Assembly: GCA_026683435.1 (NCBI GenBank)
Contig: GCA_026683435.1_4866.1
Origin: a phage
Length of the DNA: 64,000 bases
Strand: one strand, 5' to 3'
A model generated the notes under the pieces. That model ran no database searches. It was not told where the DNA came from and was given only the letters and a program-made list of their open reading frames with translations. Made by a program: the position numbers and the translations under genes. Below are positions 1 to 9,895 of the stretch, piece by piece. The stretch's first letter is position 1, and the number at the start of each line of letters is the position of its first letter.

Positions 1-1
1 T

Positions 2-424
2 GAGCGTTTTGTGTCGGTAAATGGGACAATGCTCTCTAACTACCCTGGATATATCATCGTGGGCAGTGAGAAAATTCCGGGTAATGTTATACCTTTCGGT
101 GCGTCGACAACAGCTGTTCAGATATCCAGGACTCTTGCCCGCACGAAACCGATGCAGCCAATTCACATCGTGTTCGTGCCTCCGGAAGGTTCTGTGCCGC
201 CGTTGCAAGCGAAGTTCACTATTAATGGCGTAGGTAGTAGTGGTAATCCGATGTTCGTGATTACTGAAACGTCACCGATTGAACTTCGCACTGGAGGCGA
301 GACGATTCTCATTGAGAAGCGTAATCCATTCCACATCCCCACCAGGACATGGGATTGGATTTTACAAACGTTAGATACTGAACGTAGAAACGAAGGCAAC
401 AACTCGGGTGAGTGGGCCTCTTAG
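2..424 (+). CDS. 5'-truncated CDS, C-terminal part of an upstream gene (probably structural); product unknown
   Basis: Frame is open from the window edge to the stop at 424 (ORF track starts at a GTG at 11). Same strand as the following fibre gene. Confidence 0.5.
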   Translation, partial: ERFVSVNGTMLSNYPGYIIVGSEKIPGNVIPFGASTTAVQISRTLARTKPMQPIHIVFVPPEGSVPPLQAKFTINGVGSSGNPMFVITETSPIELRTGGETILIEKRNPFHIPTRTWDWILQTLDTERRNEGNNSGEWAS

Positions 425-458
425 GACGGACTGCCTGCGGGCGGGTAGTCCGTAGGTA

Positions 459-500
459 AACCGCCCTTCCGTTATTGGGAGGGCGGTCTCCGTTTTATTA
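459..500 (+). terminator. putative intrinsic terminator
   Basis: Stem ACCGCCCT/AGGGCGGT followed by T-rich CTCCGTTTTATTA, between the stop at 424 and the RBS of the next gene. Confidence 0.4.
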
Positions 501-519
501 CAGATTAGGAGTGTTTGCA

Positions 520-3500
520 ATGCCGAGAGAAGATGCGGCGCAGTTTAACGGTACGCTCAGTACCGCTACTTACCCGAACCGTTATTCGGCGGTCATTCCC
601 GTCGAAGCACCGTTCTATCGCATCGGGTTAACGTTAACCGTTACCGATAAAACAACCGGAACCAAACGCAAGTTAATAGAAGGTCTCGATTATTTCTTAG
701 GACATTACTTCCAGGAATTAGCCGAGGCTGAGAACGATGCAATATACGGCAGCATAATGCTGCTGAACGCCACAGAGGTAGAATACGAGTTACTGTCGGT
801 TGGTCGACAGTATCGCATCCCTGCTTCTGAAATCGGCAAGTATCTGGTTAAGACAGATATGAAAGACCCGCGTAACTGCGATTGGTCTGAGCTGATGAAA
901 TATCCGCCGATTATCTCGCCAATCGACCCGCCAAAAGACCTCGAAGAAGCGATTCTTCACGATGAAATCGTAAAGGCGTTGGAAGATATCCGTCTGGGTA
1001 TTTTAGAGCGCGCCCACGAGCTGGATGAGGCTTTTGCCGAAGTTACCGATTTGATTTATCAGAACGGTAAGCAGGTGTTTGATGACGAAATGTATCAACA
1101 CCACCTGATTAAAAATGCACATGGTTACACCTGCGGTGACATTGGCGCTCTCCCGGTACTCGGCAAAGCCGTAGATGCGACTAAGGCATTCGGACGTACC
1201 CTGGCAGAGCTAGTGACGTTAATGTCTACCAGCGGCATCCAACAGAAACACGTTGACATGCTTCTGGATAATACCCTGGGTGATTTACTGGGCCGTATGC
1301 GTGTTCTGAATAACGACGCGATTACGTTCCAAACAACGTCTGGTCACGTTATCAGCATGAAGGGTGAGAAGTTCATCATCACCTCGACAAAACCGCTGGT
1401 ATTAAAAGCTGACCAGGATAACAACGAACCGGGCATCGCTACGGAGTTCAGTGCTGGTCTGAACACGCTTTGGGTTCACTCGGGTAAAGCAGGTGACAAG
1501 TGGGGCGCTTATGATGCAGGTGTGCTTGCACCTGTGTATAACAGCGTGTATCTCGTTACGCCGGATATGGTTAAGATGTACTTGACCTCGGTGAAGATAC
1601 TTCCAGCAAACGCCTACTTCAAGTCCAGCGACACGTTGAAGATTTACGGCTCTGGTAAAGAAACAAACAAACTTTACATGAATGCGGAGCTGCCTGCAGC
1701 AACCACAACTGTGCAGGGTTTGTTTGCGATTACTAACCTTTCGGCGTCCGCTGCAGCATCCACAGCGATTTCCCAAAAAGCTGTTACTGACTTGAAGAAC
1801 AAACTCGACGGATATGCGGACGACACGTATACAGTCAACGGTAAAGGGTTTGTGTTAGACGAAAACGGTCAAATGCATTTAACCTTAACCGCGTCGGATT
1901 TCGGTATTGAGAAGATGAACAATACCGGGCCGCTGGAGAAACCGGTTACTAACGCGTTGCGCACCGTTCTATCAGGCAAAGCGCTTACAACGCACACCCA
2001 CACCATTGCCGATCTCGATAACGTGCCGTACGCATCCACGTCTGTTACAGGTTTGGCTAAACTGTGGGATGCTATTGACACCACAACAGATAAGATGGTT
2101 ACTGCCCGTCAGGGTTTCTTGCTCGAACAAAAGATCGGTACACTGAACGACAAGATTGCTACGTTATTACCGGCGTGGACTGTCGGCGGATCATCGTACG
2201 GCAACAATAACTTCTTGCCTATACCTGTCCAGGGGAACTACGAAGGGTATACCAAAAACCAAACCTGGCAGAAAGGTTTGGCGCGTTACGAGTCTGGTAA
2301 GGTTTACTCGCTCCGTAACGGTTCTAACGGGAACCCACCTGGTGACTGGGCTATCTATTACGCCTATGCTGATGTGTCGCCAAGCAATACGCTGGAAAAT
2401 ATGCAGCAGACGTCCGTACGTTATCGACCCGCTGGAATGTCGGCGTATCCTGGGGTGAATCTGGTTGCTATTGTGATTACCGGTACCGATGCAATGATCT
2501 GCTTAGGCAGTGACGGTGCGTACTACTTGGTCATCTTCGATGGGACGATTGACCATGCAAAACATCATCGTGTTGTTAAAGTGGTGTTGGGTGATTACAA
2601 GAACGGTAATGGTGCGGGCACAGTAACGACAGCACCGTGGGCTCCAAACGCTTCTACAGACGATTTGATTGTTTGTAATGAACGTGTCTACCTGTTGCGT
2701 ACGGTGCTTACCTCCGGTAACTATTTCGTGAGTATGCGTAGCATCGCACTCAACGAACTTAATCCGGGTGGTAGCAACACGTTTGTGGCGGATGCGTTAA
2801 CAGGCGGGATATTAACGTCGGGTGAAAACGTTTATCTGCGACAGGGACAGAAACGTGCACCTTCCGATGCGCTCCCAGCACCAGTTACACAGATCTACGC
2901 AGACGCGTTAGCGAAGTGGAACAATGCAACCAACTTTGTACATGGTCCTGAGTGTAATCACGCGATTGGTGTTGATGGGCTGAGCTTTCGTGTTGGTTTA
3001 ACGCCAACGGTTTGGTTTGCTTCTACTACAGGGCAAACTATTAACTTTAAACAATGGGTGTCAAGCTTTGTTGTCGACTGTAGCGCATTAACGGTAACGC
3101 TGGAAGGTGCTGATCGATTCCCTATTGTGGCTGATCTTACCACGGTTCGTTATAACGGTGGTACTGAGATTGGGATTCCAAGCCGGAAGTGGGGCGAAGG
3201 TCAAGCTAATAACCGAACCTTTGCAACATCGCAAGACAAGTATATCGTTTCGCAAGGACATGCAGGCGATCGCGACCTAATGCCGATTGTCACGATTACC
3301 ACGTTAGACGACGGTGTGAGTTGGTACGAGTACCTGTCGTGCGACTACAACTTCACTGCCAGAAGGTTTAGTGCGGTAACGTTAAACCAAGGTCGTGGTT
3401 CTATCTACGAGCTGGGTATGGCGTATCCACTGACTCTGGGAGCGAATTCCAGACTTATCTGGTTGTCACAGCCACGTTCCCGTTTGGCAATTGAGGTTGA

Positions 3501-5703
3501 GTTTGATCCGAACACCACTTACTCAGGTAAAGCGGGGTATGGCCCAACTAACAATCGACGTGTAGTGGATTCTACCACGTACGAGAATCTGTCGCAGATG
3601 TGCCACATTGTTACACCGGCGTCGCCTGGTACAGAGTTAAACGGCTGGTATTGCACAGGACCAGAAACATTCCCTTACCACAACGTTTCTGGCACTTTCA
3701 CGATTCATGCCGATCGGTTGACGCTGTCACAAGCCGAATGGGATAAGATGAAGCAGATGATCATCGACGGTGCACCGGCAGGCGCTGCGAATGGTTATGC
3801 TTCGGAATTTATCCTTGCCGCAAATAACGCAGGAAAGGCATTGTTCTCCGTTTGGTTCATCGGCATTGGTACGGCCACACCGCTCACGTTAGCACAAGTA
3901 GCATGTACGCGTACTGTGAACAACGTTAACGTGTTGGATATCTACTACTTTACACTGAAACCAACAATCAGCAACGGGCAGGTAACATTCCCCGCAGCGA
4001 TATTGGCTTTGTTTGACTTCTATAACAACCTCGACTATGACTTGAACTATGCTACGTTGGGAGAGATAACGGGAGGAAAAACACGCCGGCCGGGACAACC
4101 TACCATGGTGTCGGTAGATGGTACGCAGTTCGGGTTGTATCTTCCACACACGTTAACCTTGCGCCAAATTGGCGACTTGGGTGCGCTTAACTACGCTGTT
4201 GGTCTTACGTTGTCTAATGGTACCTGGACGCGTTCTTCTGCTCCACACGGCGTTGGACGTATGGCACCGTCACACACTCCAGTCAGTCCAGCTTATCTGG
4301 CACATCGCGATCAAGTGATGTTACACAACTCATCTCTCGACTACGTCTATTGTGGTGGTATCGCAACGTCGTCGAGAGATTTTGTCGCGGCTCCTAATTT
4401 TAGTGGCCCGACTGAATCGGTTGTCATTGCTGGTGTGGAAACAGCTGAAGGTTGGCTGGTATATGTGACTGAGGAAGTTGACCTGCGTTTCGGCTCGAGC
4501 ACTTATAAGCTGCCTACGTGGTATATTGACCTCAGCGCAGCATTTCCAACAAACCATCAGAACCGGACATTCTACCTGCACGCCAAGGTAGAAAATGGTA
4601 CACCGAAGTACGTAATGGACGTGATTCAACATCCAGACACTGAAACGGAACTCTATATCGGGTATGTTAAAACGGGCTCGTCGCGAGTCGTCGAGACTAA
4701 CGTCGAACATGCTAAGCGATTAGGGGCGGTGAAACAACTGTTGGAACATGCGGCGGTTGAGAATAAGCATGATGTGGAAGTGGGAAGGGACGCAGCAACG
4801 GGCAGACTGGCACCATTGCGTAAAGAAGCGATGGGTCCTTTGTCGATCGATGCTACGAAAGGCTATCTGGATAGTCAGTTGCTTTATACCGTATCTGACG
4901 CACAGCGTCGCGGTAAACCGATGGTCTCCAAACGTTTCGAAGGCTTGAAAACTTTGCCGGCGTTTACTCAGGCAAACAAGTCGGGGGCGTTTTGGAAACA
5001 TCCTACAACAATTGCGACGGTAACGGCCGATGAGAACGGTGAAGCGGCATCGTTGGGAATGGAGTGGGTAGGTATCCCTACGCCTGCTTTCTCTCCGACC
5101 TCAGGAACGATGATAGTGGTGATACAAAGTAAATTCGTCGTCCCAGGTACACCGGGAGTAGAAACGACCTTTAATGTTCACGTTGCCCCATGGGAGGCGG
5201 TGGACGGCTTTTTCTACAACATCGAGGCGGAAGGTACGGATGTTAACATTGACGAAAATCCAGAAGTGTTATTGCCGTCACCACATACCGTGCACCACAA
5301 ACAGCACTCTCTGCCAGCAGGCGTGCCGTGCACCTTTACATTTGTCGCGGCGGTAAGTTCTTCAGCGCTCGAAACAGCTAACCAGCATATTTGCTCTTGG
5401 CTTTTCACGGACGCTGGGGGTCTACCAATCACCACCGATCTTTCGGATAGTAAGATTCAAATCTTACCAGCGGCGGGAGAGACCAACGGCACACCAGTTG
5501 TTCTGAACAGTCGTAGCTACACGTTTACGAATGTGACAGGTGCAATCCCGGTTGTTACCACGGGCGCTCAGGGTTTATTCCCACCACCGATCGTGGCGTG
5601 GGATGGCGATGATCTTACGTTAACGATTGCGCACGATTGGGTGAACGAGAGAGGATGGCAACAGCCTGATATTATCCAGGTCAATCTTATGTTCCGTACC
5701 TAA
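520..5703 (+). CDS. large tail-fibre-like virion protein (about 1727 aa)
   Basis: Uninterrupted 5.2-kb ORF. AGGAG lies 8 nt upstream of ATG 520; the ORF-track start 475 is an upstream TTG inside the terminator hairpin. Gly/Thr/Asn/Ser-rich with an 'ASTSVTGLAKL' fibre-type motif. Function inferred from composition and size. Confidence 0.7.
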   Translation: MPREDAAQFNGTLSTATYPNRYSAVIPVEAPFYRIGLTLTVTDKTTGTKRKLIEGLDYFLGHYFQELAEAENDAIYGSIMLLNATEVEYELLSVGRQYRIPASEIGKYLVKTDMKDPRNCDWSELMKYPPIISPIDPPKDLEEAILHDEIVKALEDIRLGILERAHELDEAFAEVTDLIYQNGKQVFDDEMYQHHLIKNAHGYTCGDIGALPVLGKAVDATKAFGRTLAELVTLMSTSGIQQKHVDMLLDNTLGDLLGRMRVLNNDAITFQTTSGHVISMKGEKFIITSTKPLVLKADQDNNEPGIATEFSAGLNTLWVHSGKAGDKWGAYDAGVLAPVYNSVYLVTPDMVKMYLTSVKILPANAYFKSSDTLKIYGSGKETNKLYMNAELPAATTTVQGLFAITNLSASAAASTAISQKAVTDLKNKLDGYADDTYTVNGKGFVLDENGQMHLTLTASDFGIEKMNNTGPLEKPVTNALRTVLSGKALTTHTHTIADLDNVPYASTSVTGLAKLWDAIDTTTDKMVTARQGFLLEQKIGTLNDKIATLLPAWTVGGSSYGNNNFLPIPVQGNYEGYTKNQTWQKGLARYESGKVYSLRNGSNGNPPGDWAIYYAYADVSPSNTLENMQQTSVRYRPAGMSAYPGVNLVAIVITGTDAMICLGSDGAYYLVIFDGTIDHAKHHRVVKVVLGDYKNGNGAGTVTTAPWAPNASTDDLIVCNERVYLLRTVLTSGNYFVSMRSIALNELNPGGSNTFVADALTGGILTSGENVYLRQGQKRAPSDALPAPVTQIYADALAKWNNATNFVHGPECNHAIGVDGLSFRVGLTPTVWFASTTGQTINFKQWVSSFVVDCSALTVTLEGADRFPIVADLTTVRYNGGTEIGIPSRKWGEGQANNRTFATSQDKYIVSQGHAGDRDLMPIVTITTLDDGVSWYEYLSCDYNFTARRFSAVTLNQGRGSIYELGMAYPLTLGANSRLIWLSQPRSRLAIEVEFDPNTTYSGKAGYGPTNNRRVVDSTTYENLSQMCHIVTPASPGTELNGWYCTGPETFPYHNVSGTFTIHADRLTLSQAEWDKMKQMIIDGAPAGAANGYASEFILAANNAGKALFSVWFIGIGTATPLTLAQVACTRTVNNVNVLDIYYFTLKPTISNGQVTFPAAILALFDFYNNLDYDLNYATLGEITGGKTRRPGQPTMVSVDGTQFGLYLPHTLTLRQIGDLGALNYAVGLTLSNGTWTRSSAPHGVGRMAPSHTPVSPAYLAHRDQVMLHNSSLDYVYCGGIATSSRDFVAAPNFSGPTESVVIAGVETAEGWLVYVTEEVDLRFGSSTYKLPTWYIDLSAAFPTNHQNRTFYLHAKVENGTPKYVMDVIQHPDTETELYIGYVKTGSSRVVETNVEHAKRLGAVKQLLEHAAVENKHDVEVGRDAATGRLAPLRKEAMGPLSIDATKGYLDSQLLYTVSDAQRRGKPMVSKRFEGLKTLPAFTQANKSGAFWKHPTTIATVTADENGEAASLGMEWVGIPTPAFSPTSGTMIVVIQSKFVVPGTPGVETTFNVHVAPWEAVDGFFYNIEAEGTDVNIDENPEVLLPSPHTVHHKQHSLPAGVPCTFTFVAAVSSSALETANQHICSWLFTDAGGLPITTDLSDSKIQILPAAGETNGTPVVLNSRSYTFTNVTGAIPVVTTGAQGLFPPPIVAWDGDDLTLTIAHDWVNERGWQQPDIIQVNLMFRT

Positions 5704-5750
5704 CAGATAGCGCTATGGGGCAAGGAAGCCCCAATCAAAGGAGTTTGGCA

Positions 5751-6953
5751 ATGGCCGAAATCATTCATCAGTACCCGCTCGACCTTACCGGGACATTAAC
5801 GTCGAACGCCGTTACACGGCGTATTACGTTAGGTTCTGGTAAAGTTAACCGGGCTTTTGCTTTTCCTGACGGAGCTTTCTACGCGGATACCTTCCGCTTG
5901 GCAGCTGCGAATAAACCAGGTGTCTACCCGTACAAACGCGGTACAGACTACGAACTGATTTTTGCACATACTGCATATCAGAAAATGACCAAGAACCGTG
6001 AAGTGGTCATGGGTGTGGTGGTAACTAACTCGGCCATTCCTACTGATATCGAAGTCTCTGCGCAAGTCGTTGGTGGTTTTCAGTCTGCGAACGTCGAAGG
6101 CATCCGACAAGCGATTGCGTCGTTGAAAATTGAAGACCGTGTGGTGGACTTCAAGGATCTTCGAAACGTACCCGATACGTTCCCGTCCGCCCCGACGTAT
6201 AAAGACCTTGGCGATATCTACGGTTTTGAGTATATCATTACCGTACTCGCGGGGATTAAAGATGCGATTAACTCCGGCTCTGCAGTACAGCTGGAAGAAA
6301 TTAAAGGTATTCTGGATGGTCTGAAAAACGACTTCCTCGACGCCTTAAATACCCACATCAACGCCGAAGGTAACGTACACAATCTCGACATTCATCAGGT
6401 TAATGGCCTGACGGAGACGGAGATTCGTGCCCTGATTCAAAGTGTACAGACTGCCATTGACGCCACTATCAAAGATATCGGCGACTTAAGAGCAGCAGAC
6501 ACAGCGTTGGGGCAACGCATCGATGCAATTGTGGCTTCGTTAGCCGCGTGGAACGACCAGCTTAACGTGGTTGCTCAAAATTACCAGAAAATGTCGTTAG
6601 CATTAGCTAACCTTAATTCTCTGGTGTTGCAATTACAGAAGATGGTTAACGATCTTCAGTCTGCACTGAATAAAACAAATCAGCGCGTCACGGATCTTGA
6701 GAATCAGGGCAAAGACTTCCAACAGCAAATTGATAACCTGCAAGGACAAATCAACAGTCTTAAAACTCAGGTTGTAAATAACACCAACGCAATTTCGCAG
6801 GCAAACCAGAATCTGGCGAACCATGCGGCTGCGGATAACCCACACCCGAATTACCTCCATAAACAGTATGGCGGTGTTGTGCAGGCTGCTGTTCACGTCA
6901 ACAACAGCCTCACCTCGCGCGACGATGTTCAAGCTGAAGCGGGTACTAAGTAA
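5751..6953 (+). CDS. fibre-associated protein with long C-terminal coiled coil (fibritin- or tail-fibre-like)
   Basis: AAGGAG lies 9 nt upstream of ATG 5751; the ORF-track ATG 5715 has no RBS. C-terminal half is heptad-like and Q/N/L-rich (LQLQKMVNDLQSALNKTNQRVTDLENQ...). Confidence 0.65.
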   Translation: MAEIIHQYPLDLTGTLTSNAVTRRITLGSGKVNRAFAFPDGAFYADTFRLAAANKPGVYPYKRGTDYELIFAHTAYQKMTKNREVVMGVVVTNSAIPTDIEVSAQVVGGFQSANVEGIRQAIASLKIEDRVVDFKDLRNVPDTFPSAPTYKDLGDIYGFEYIITVLAGIKDAINSGSAVQLEEIKGILDGLKNDFLDALNTHINAEGNVHNLDIHQVNGLTETEIRALIQSVQTAIDATIKDIGDLRAADTALGQRIDAIVASLAAWNDQLNVVAQNYQKMSLALANLNSLVLQLQKMVNDLQSALNKTNQRVTDLENQGKDFQQQIDNLQGQINSLKTQVVNNTNAISQANQNLANHAAADNPHPNYLHKQYGGVVQAAVHVNNSLTSRDDVQAEAGTK

Positions 6954-6965
6954 CTTGTTTACGAG

Positions 6966-7007
6966 CCGGACTATGTTTATGGACATAGTCCGCTCGTTCT
7001 ACTTTTT
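6966..7007 (+). terminator. hairpin plus T-run (terminator or attenuator) upstream of the Cys-repeat peptide genes
   Basis: 10-bp perfect stem CGGACTATGT/ACATAGTCCG with a 6-nt loop, followed by TTCTACTTTTTAA. Confidence 0.4.
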
Positions 7008-7018
7008 AAGGAAGCGTA

Positions 7019-7411
7019 ATGGCGATATCTATTAAAGACGTCAGAAACCGCGTCCAGATAGTCGAAGCTAACATGGCGACAGGCCCCCGTATCGACGCGC
7101 AAGTGGCCTCTAAAGCCCATAATGCGGCAGACCGATTTGGGGGTTGGACGAAAGCACAGCTAGATTGCGGCGGGACATGTTCTTGGACGTGCTCTAACGG
7201 TTGCTCGCATGGCTGTTCGAGCTGTTCAGGAAGCTGTTCTGCTTCTTGTATCGGTAGCTGTTCTTCGACGTGTGGCGGTAACTGTTCTGGTTGCTCTGGT
7301 TGTTCTGGTGGTTGCAGTAGTAGCTGTACCGGTAACTGCTCAGGTGGTTGCGGGGGGGCTTGTTCTTCCAATTGTTCCGGAGCCTGCTCCGGTGGCTGTT
7401 CAGGTCGCTAA
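7019..7411 (+). CDS. Cys/Ser/Gly-repeat small protein 1 (130 aa; putative RiPP-like precursor)
   Basis: AAGGAAG RBS. About 50-aa Cys-free N-terminal region conserved with the next two ORFs, then about 80 aa with about 21 Cys mostly as C-S-x-x units. Confidence 0.6.
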   Translation: MAISIKDVRNRVQIVEANMATGPRIDAQVASKAHNAADRFGGWTKAQLDCGGTCSWTCSNGCSHGCSSCSGSCSASCIGSCSSTCGGNCSGCSGCSGGCSSSCTGNCSGGCGGACSSNCSGACSGGCSGR

Positions 7412-7421
7412 GGGGGATTAA

Positions 7422-7826
7422 ATGGCAATTGGATTAAAAGAACTGAATAACCGATTAAACACGATCGATGCAAACGCTTTAAAGAACACCACGAATGTGC
7501 AAAACTACATTCGCAATAAAGCTACGAATAACGCCGACTTGTTCGCAGGTCAAGGTCGTTCGCACTACGACTGTGGTGGTACGTGTTCTTTTAGCTGCTC
7601 AAGTTGCTCTGGCGGCTGCACAGGGTCTGCGACAGGTGGTTGTGGGTCGACTTGTTCCGCAAACTGTGTATCAGGCTGTAGCAGCAGCTGCACGGGCTGT
7701 AGCTCTTCGTGCTCTGGTGGTTGTAGCGGCACGTGCACAGGCAGCTGTTCTGGGGGTTGTGGTAAATCCTGCTCCGCAAACTGCTCAGGTGCGTGCTCTG
7801 GTGGTTGTTCAGGTCCTAACTCCTAA
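7422..7826 (+). CDS. Cys/Ser/Gly-repeat small protein 2 (134 aa; putative RiPP-like precursor)
   Basis: AGGGGG RBS. Paralogous to 7019-7411 with the same leader-like N-terminus (MAI..K.(V/L)(R/N)NR(V/L), ..NAAD(R/L)F.G, ...(H)YDCGGTCS) and about 20 Cys in the core. Confidence 0.6.
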   Translation: MAIGLKELNNRLNTIDANALKNTTNVQNYIRNKATNNADLFAGQGRSHYDCGGTCSFSCSSCSGGCTGSATGGCGSTCSANCVSGCSSSCTGCSSSCSGGCSGTCTGSCSGGCGKSCSANCSGACSGGCSGPNS

Positions 7827-7841
7827 CTGACGGAGGCTTAT

Positions 7842-8048
7842 GTGATCAGTCTCAAGACTATTCGAAACCGTCTCGTTACGGTAGAAGGTTACATTACAAC
7901 CGCACAGGCAAACAACTATATTGCTAACCAGGGCACCGTGTCGACCACAAATAACCTGGCTGGCTTACCGCTTTCTCACTATAACTGTAATGGTGGGTGT
8001 AGCTGGTCCTGCAGCGGAAGCTGTAGCCGTGGAGCGGGGAATCGATAA
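7842..8048 (+). CDS. Cys/Ser/Gly-repeat small protein 3 (68 aa; short-core paralogue)
   Basis: GGAGG RBS with a GTG start. Conserved leader-like N-terminus (MISLKTIRNRL...LSHYNCNGGCSWSCSGSCS) and a short core with 4 Cys. Confidence 0.55.
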   Translation: MISLKTIRNRLVTVEGYITTAQANNYIANQGTVSTTNNLAGLPLSHYNCNGGCSWSCSGSCSRGAGNR

Positions 8049-8070
8049 CAGAAAACGTTCGGAGTATTAA

Positions 8071-8958
8071 ATGAAAAACGATTTGCATCTTGCGTATAAA
8101 ACCACATTCAACCACCCGCTGCATCTATCTTCCCCAGATTCAGTGCGTGCACACCTTGCTGACAAAGTCAGACTGATTGCACAGATTCCTGGTGAGTGGC
8201 CAAAGGTTCGTGGTCGCTTCTTGACCGACAAGAAGAACTACACCGTAGAAAATACGTTTAAGATCCGTGATATGGTTGCAGAGGCCATCGTTATCTTTAA
8301 CGGCGATGGTAACTCTCGTGGCGTGTTAGTCGACGGTAAGTATTTCTTCAGTGAAGGGATTTTGAACAACAGCGTCGATTTAGAACTGATGTTTACACCG
8401 TTTGACGAACTTGAAGCAAAACCGATGGCGCGCCGTTGGTGGAGTCCGGACTATCTGGGCTCGTTCCCTTACTACTTTGTACTGGTACCTGCCGATACGG
8501 AAACGTATTTCGACACCGAACCATACATCGATATCGAGGGGTATAAAGAACTCGGCATCACCCGTTTAGCGGACATGATGGCGTATAGCTATAAGTTCGT
8601 GTGGGATAAAAAGCGTTCTGTCTGGTATGCGCTGACTGACGATTTTGAAATCACCAAACGTATTCGTAAGCCGTGGATGCAACACCTGGTTCAAACCCGA
8701 TATGGGGATTACCCGGCGACAGAAGCGGACTTGAGTAAGCTGGTAAGCTTCCTCTTAACAAAGGTGGATTTAACGAAAGAAGAAGCAGAAGCTGTTTCTG
8801 AGATTCGTGGTCGTTCGGTAACGTTGGCCGATTTGAAACGTCTGAACGAAAGACACGCCGACCTGAACAAAATTTTAGCTGCCTATCACGACCCGATGTT
8901 ACTGGTGCCTGGCGCTAATGTAGACGAAGATCCTTTATTCGCCATTGATTATATTTAA
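8071..8958 (+). CDS. hypothetical protein (295 aa) in the rSAM cassette
   Basis: GGAG RBS. Co-oriented and tightly packed between the peptide genes and the rSAM genes. No motif recognised. Confidence 0.65.
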   Translation: MKNDLHLAYKTTFNHPLHLSSPDSVRAHLADKVRLIAQIPGEWPKVRGRFLTDKKNYTVENTFKIRDMVAEAIVIFNGDGNSRGVLVDGKYFFSEGILNNSVDLELMFTPFDELEAKPMARRWWSPDYLGSFPYYFVLVPADTETYFDTEPYIDIEGYKELGITRLADMMAYSYKFVWDKKRSVWYALTDDFEITKRIRKPWMQHLVQTRYGDYPATEADLSKLVSFLLTKVDLTKEEAEAVSEIRGRSVTLADLKRLNERHADLNKILAAYHDPMLLVPGANVDEDPLFAIDYI

Positions 8959-8980
8959 AAATATACTGGAGCAACCTGCA

Positions 8981-9895
8981 ATGACAGATCAAGTAGAATC
9001 CAGGATCTCGTCTGAACTGTACGACAAACCGTCAATTCTGTCGGTTGTCGCAACTTCTAAGTGTAACTTAGACTGTAGCTTCTGTGGAGGGGCTTATTAC
9101 ATGGATAGAGAAGATACTTCTCGTGAGTTTCAACGTGAAGAGATTCTCTCGATTTTAGAGAAGAATCCGGATATCGGTGAGATTCATTGGACGGGCGGTG
9201 AGCCGCTGTTAGCGCAGCGTAAGATTGAAGACTTCGTGAACGAGTTGAAGGAGTCTCATCCTAACCTCCGTCATCACATGTACACCAACGGTTTAAAGAT
9301 GCGTAAATCACATCTGCCGTTGCTGAAACAGTTCGACCTTATCTTTGTGTCCATTGACGGCTACAAGAAGTCGGAACGTCCGTTTATGAACTTTGTAAAC
9401 GGTGGTAATCACGAAGCGCTGGAAGTGCTGTACGAGCTGGACAACTATTACACCTGGGGTGTGATGACGCGTGACCAGTTAGGCGATAAACGCTGGTACG
9501 AAGATTTCATCGAGCTGCACCGAGCAATCTATCATTACCGTCCAGGTGGTGTGTCGTTGTTGTTTGATGCGATGATGCCGAAACCGTTATCGCCAGACCA
9601 CGTCATGAACTTCATGTACGGGTATTGGAAAATACTCGACAATATCGAACGCCTTAACATGCAGAACGATTCTGAATGTGGGCTTGCGATCAGTAAAATG
9701 TTCGATACCGAGTGCAACACGTGCAGTGAAGTGCTGTGGCTTAACGCCGACGGTACGCAGGAGCAAATTCAGAACGCCCCAGAGATATTGGAAGTCGGCT
9801 GTAATCGCCTGGCGCGTTCTATCGGCGTTGATGCGTATAACTACATCAACCGTGTAATTTCTGCTAAGCGTAAACGGGCGGCGAACAATGAGTAA
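8981..9895 (+). CDS. radical SAM enzyme (about 304 aa)
   Basis: CNLDCSFC (CX3CX2C) near the N-terminus, GGEPLL glycine motif, and C-terminal Cys cluster (C-x11-C-x2-C). ATG 8981 has a GGAG RBS; the ORF-track start 8945 is a TTG overlapping the previous gene. Confidence 0.8.
   Translation: MTDQVESRISSELYDKPSILSVVATSKCNLDCSFCGGAYYMDREDTSREFQREEILSILEKNPDIGEIHWTGGEPLLAQRKIEDFVNELKESHPNLRHHMYTNGLKMRKSHLPLLKQFDLIFVSIDGYKKSERPFMNFVNGGNHEALEVLYELDNYYTWGVMTRDQLGDKRWYEDFIELHRAIYHYRPGGVSLLFDAMMPKPLSPDHVMNFMYGYWKILDNIERLNMQNDSECGLAISKMFDTECNTCSEVLWLNADGTQEQIQNAPEILEVGCNRLARSIGVDAYNYINRVISAKRKRAANNE

Noticed and set aside
475-519. Longer N-terminal extensions from the ORF-track starts at 475, 5715, 8945, 11101, 44590, 51855 and 53395
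   Set aside because: These starts are TTG/GTG codons or ATGs without an RBS, often inside hairpins or inside the upstream gene. Downstream ATGs with AGGAG-type RBS fit better.
1402-5435. Minus-strand ORFs inside the 1727-aa fibre gene (for example 1402-1776, 4330-4710, 4720-5001)
   Set aside because: They are shadow ORFs within a continuous 5.2-kb coding frame on the plus strand.
7006-7830. Long ORFs in alternative and antisense frames across the Cys-repeat region (7006-7371 minus, 7209-7421 plus, 7495-7830 plus, 7591-7779 minus)
   Set aside because: They are artefacts of the repetitive TGC/AGC/GGT-type codons. They lack an RBS, lack the conserved leader, and have low-complexity PEQ- or AVL-rich translations. 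The Cys frame has an RBS and three paralogous leaders.
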